A DNA stretch of 50,464 nt, filler included, from Catajapyx aquilonaris (Eukaryota), in assembly GCA_000934665.2 (NCBI GenBank). It is 2 parts of 2 records of this genome, joined end to end, with 100 filler letters (N's around TTAATTAATTAA, not from the genome) between each part and the next. Parts side by side here need not be neighbours in the genome. Positions count along the whole stretch, not along the records: positions 25,241 to 50,464 come from JYFJ02005417.1; 1 more part is not named here. One strand, given 5' to 3'. The notes under the pieces are model-generated. The model saw only the letters and a program-made list of their open reading frames with translations, was not told where the DNA came from and made no database searches. How positions within the stretch are numbered: the first letter of the stretch is position 1; each line of letters opens with the position of its first letter. The position numbers and the translations under genes were made by a program. Of the stretch, positions 48,801 to 50,464 are shown in pieces.

Positions 48801-50160
48801 TCCGTTGCGTTTATGACGGAGCTGGCGGTTTTTGATTTTCACCACCTCACATATAACATCGATTTACAGGACAGGGGGGAAAAAAACTCATATTAAATAC
48901 ATAAGTAAATAATAAATCGCTCAGTATTTGTACATTTCAAGCAGGTTCATAGCAGTTTTGAAGAAAAGAAAAATCTGATAAGCATGTTCCTTTGGTACAG
49001 CACTGAAAGACCAGAGCAGTCGGTCTGGAGGGGCCTTTGGCAGTTTTTTGAGGTATCTTTTTCGAGGGTAATCCAGAATAGGACATTCAAACAGAATATG
49101 GTGCAGAGTCTGGTTCAACCCCATGTTACACAAGTCACAGACCTCATCCTTAGCCACTTTCAATTGTTCGCAACACATTCATAGTGTTTTCCATGAATAC
49201 TCAATGTATTTATTGCTAGATATTGTGCAAAGACATTTATTGCCCTTTGTAAGTACAATGCACTGTCTGCCATTTAAAAATATCTTATAATTATCTTCAG
49301 AGTACGTGCAAACCAAAATCTAGGCGATGGCAGTATAGCTATACTCTGCTGCGATCCTTTTGGAAATTAATTTAGGGACTTCCAGACGAGGAAAATTGTT
49401 CCAAATACATACATAGAGTAGAGCATGAACGTGTAAGTCTAGCTGTTATTATTGGTAAAATATCTTACTTTTTATCTTCAGATTACATGTAAGTTTAACA
49501 GAAACGAAAATATAGGCGATGGTGGTATAGCTGGGGCCGAAAGGGTTAATATCACTCCTACTACAAATTTTCATCAAGAAAAGAAAAAAAAAACTCCAGA
49601 AAAAAAACTCCTCTGTCAAAGGGTTAAAATGATTTCCTCGAACCCCTTCCCAAAGTGAAGGTACATATAATTTCAGAACCCTGTATATGTAGTTGCTGTA
49701 ATTGCCAGCACTTGAGTTCTTGAAAATGTGTGTGGCTATTAAGTAACTTTATTTATAAGTAGTATTTAATTTATCATTTCAGTCATCTCATAATCTTTAT
49801 AATTGAGTTATAGTGGAGGCAGCATACTTGTATGTTGGCCCAAACCCATTGAAGAGCTGCTTGGGTCAAGTAAACTGGATTTAACTCTAATTGAAACAGC
49901 ATGTTAACAATACTGCCTCTATATTGACAAGTTTATCATTGAATTGCCCACTTCTCTACATGTGTGCAAAAATCTGTCATCCCTGAGGGTACCAGAACGT
50001 AAATGATTTGTTGCATTTTTACTTCCAGCGATTTTTGCACCGGCACAATAAACCTGAGTCTGGCTCATTCTATGATGAGATGCTGTCTAGGAAACTGCAG
50101 GAGGAGCAGGAAGTTGTGCAGAAGCAACAGGAACAACTGCAGCTTCGCAATGAGAAAGAG
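41697..50160 (+). CDS. EIF2AK4: eIF2-alpha kinase GCN2, exons 1-4 (RWD domain and following coiled coil); gene continues off the right edge
   Basis: GT-AG exons 41697-41750, 41814-41995, 46893-47028 and 50029-50160 splice in frame: MAQDSIRERQDNEVEVLQ / AVFMGEMRDLR..WRPTEL...YVSLDLHVKCASDYPDS / VPDMELENSKGLS...LKGEVMILELAQHVQ / RFLHRHNKPESGSFYDEMLSRK.. These motifs match the GCN2 N-terminus. Confidence 0.95.
42671..42895 (-). mobile_element. Solo LTR (4-bp TSD) in GCN2 intron 2
   Basis: TGTCAGGACC...GGTCCCGACA termini, AGGT duplicated at 42667-42670 and 42896-42899, TATATAAG on the minus strand. Confidence 0.75.
43055..43326 (-). mobile_element. SINE family D
   Basis: Reverse-complement copy of 33475-33741. 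Confidence 0.9.
43340..43793 (-). mobile_element. Chimeric SINE: family C head fused to family A body and tail
   Basis: 43793 to about 43600 matches family C. About 43590-43367 matches the family A body (GCAACCT..GGACTGCACATGACCCC..TGCACTTGCACCA). Confidence 0.8.
43854..44112. repeat. Palindromic element
   Basis: Imperfect inverted arms of about 125 bp around a loop of about 10 nt near 43983. Confidence 0.85.
44576..45272 (+). mobile_element. SINE family B with a family C SINE (about 44856-45150) nested in it
   Basis: B head and body 44576-44855, then a complete C copy, then the B tail (AAATAAAGGTCC...TACCCC + (TTA)n) resumes at about 45152. (AAT)n-AAATA is duplicated at the junctions. Confidence 0.88.
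47724..48242. mobile_element. piggyBac-type MITE (same family as 29414-29913)
   Basis: TTAA TSD; TIR CCCTTTGATGGCG; the body is the reverse complement of the 29.4-29.9 kb copy. Confidence 0.9.
48543..49178 (-). mobile_element. LINE 3' fragment (CCHC knuckle, 3' UTR, stem-loop tail) interrupted by a MITE at 48618-48849
   Basis: CDLCNMG...HHILFECP...RKRYL...PPDR ORF end, followed by a CCCCCC..hairpin..GAGGTA element and an A-rich tail. Confidence 0.8.
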
Positions 50161-50464
50161 GTCTGTGTAGTCCTGGGAGTCACACAAGCTAGGATTAGAA
50201 AGTGTGAACAATCTTGAATTGAATATGGATCTTATTTACTTAATGGAGCCTGGTTAAGTTATGGATATACATGGTGTTCCGCTTAGAGGTATAATAAAAG
50301 AAAAATTCATAACTTACAAAGTACTAGTGGTAATGACAGAATCAGGGTTGGCATGATTATAATCAATTGATTATAATCAACTGATTTATAATGAAAAATC
50401 TTGATTATAATCACTAATAATAATAACAATAATAATAACAATAACAACAACAACAATAATAACA

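Noticed and set aside
1..50464. CRISPR array or prokaryotic operon/defence system
   Set aside because: There is no regularly spaced repeat-spacer array. The genes have spliceosomal introns and the repeats are eukaryotic TEs.

Overview
Repeat-rich eukaryotic genomic DNA, most likely from an arthropod (inferred from short GT-AG introns of about 55-100 nt, tRNA-derived SINEs, and mariner, piggyBac, hAT, Helitron and Transib elements). Five host genes can be built by splicing. (1) The 5' four exons of a mitochondrial acyl-CoA dehydrogenase (minus, 4746 to 144). (2) A 3-exon, 78-aa HMG-box protein with an Arg-rich tail, protamine-like and absent from the ORF track (6626-7010). (3) An ankyrin-repeat gene (minus, about 19309 to 18386). 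(4) An LRR gene with a single coding exon and a BC-box-like N-terminus (minus, 31851 to 30367). (5) The first four exons of GCN2/EIF2AK4 (RWD domain, 41697-50160). Between them lie two convergent, paralogous, decayed THAP + C2H2 zinc-finger genes, an intron-containing Transib transposase relic, LINE fragments, four tRNA-head SINE families and many nested MITEs. The most interesting signals are the hidden protamine-like gene and a 3' stem-loop shared by LINE relics and three SINE families, whose pairing is conserved while its sequence changes. All calls were made by eye, without database searches.
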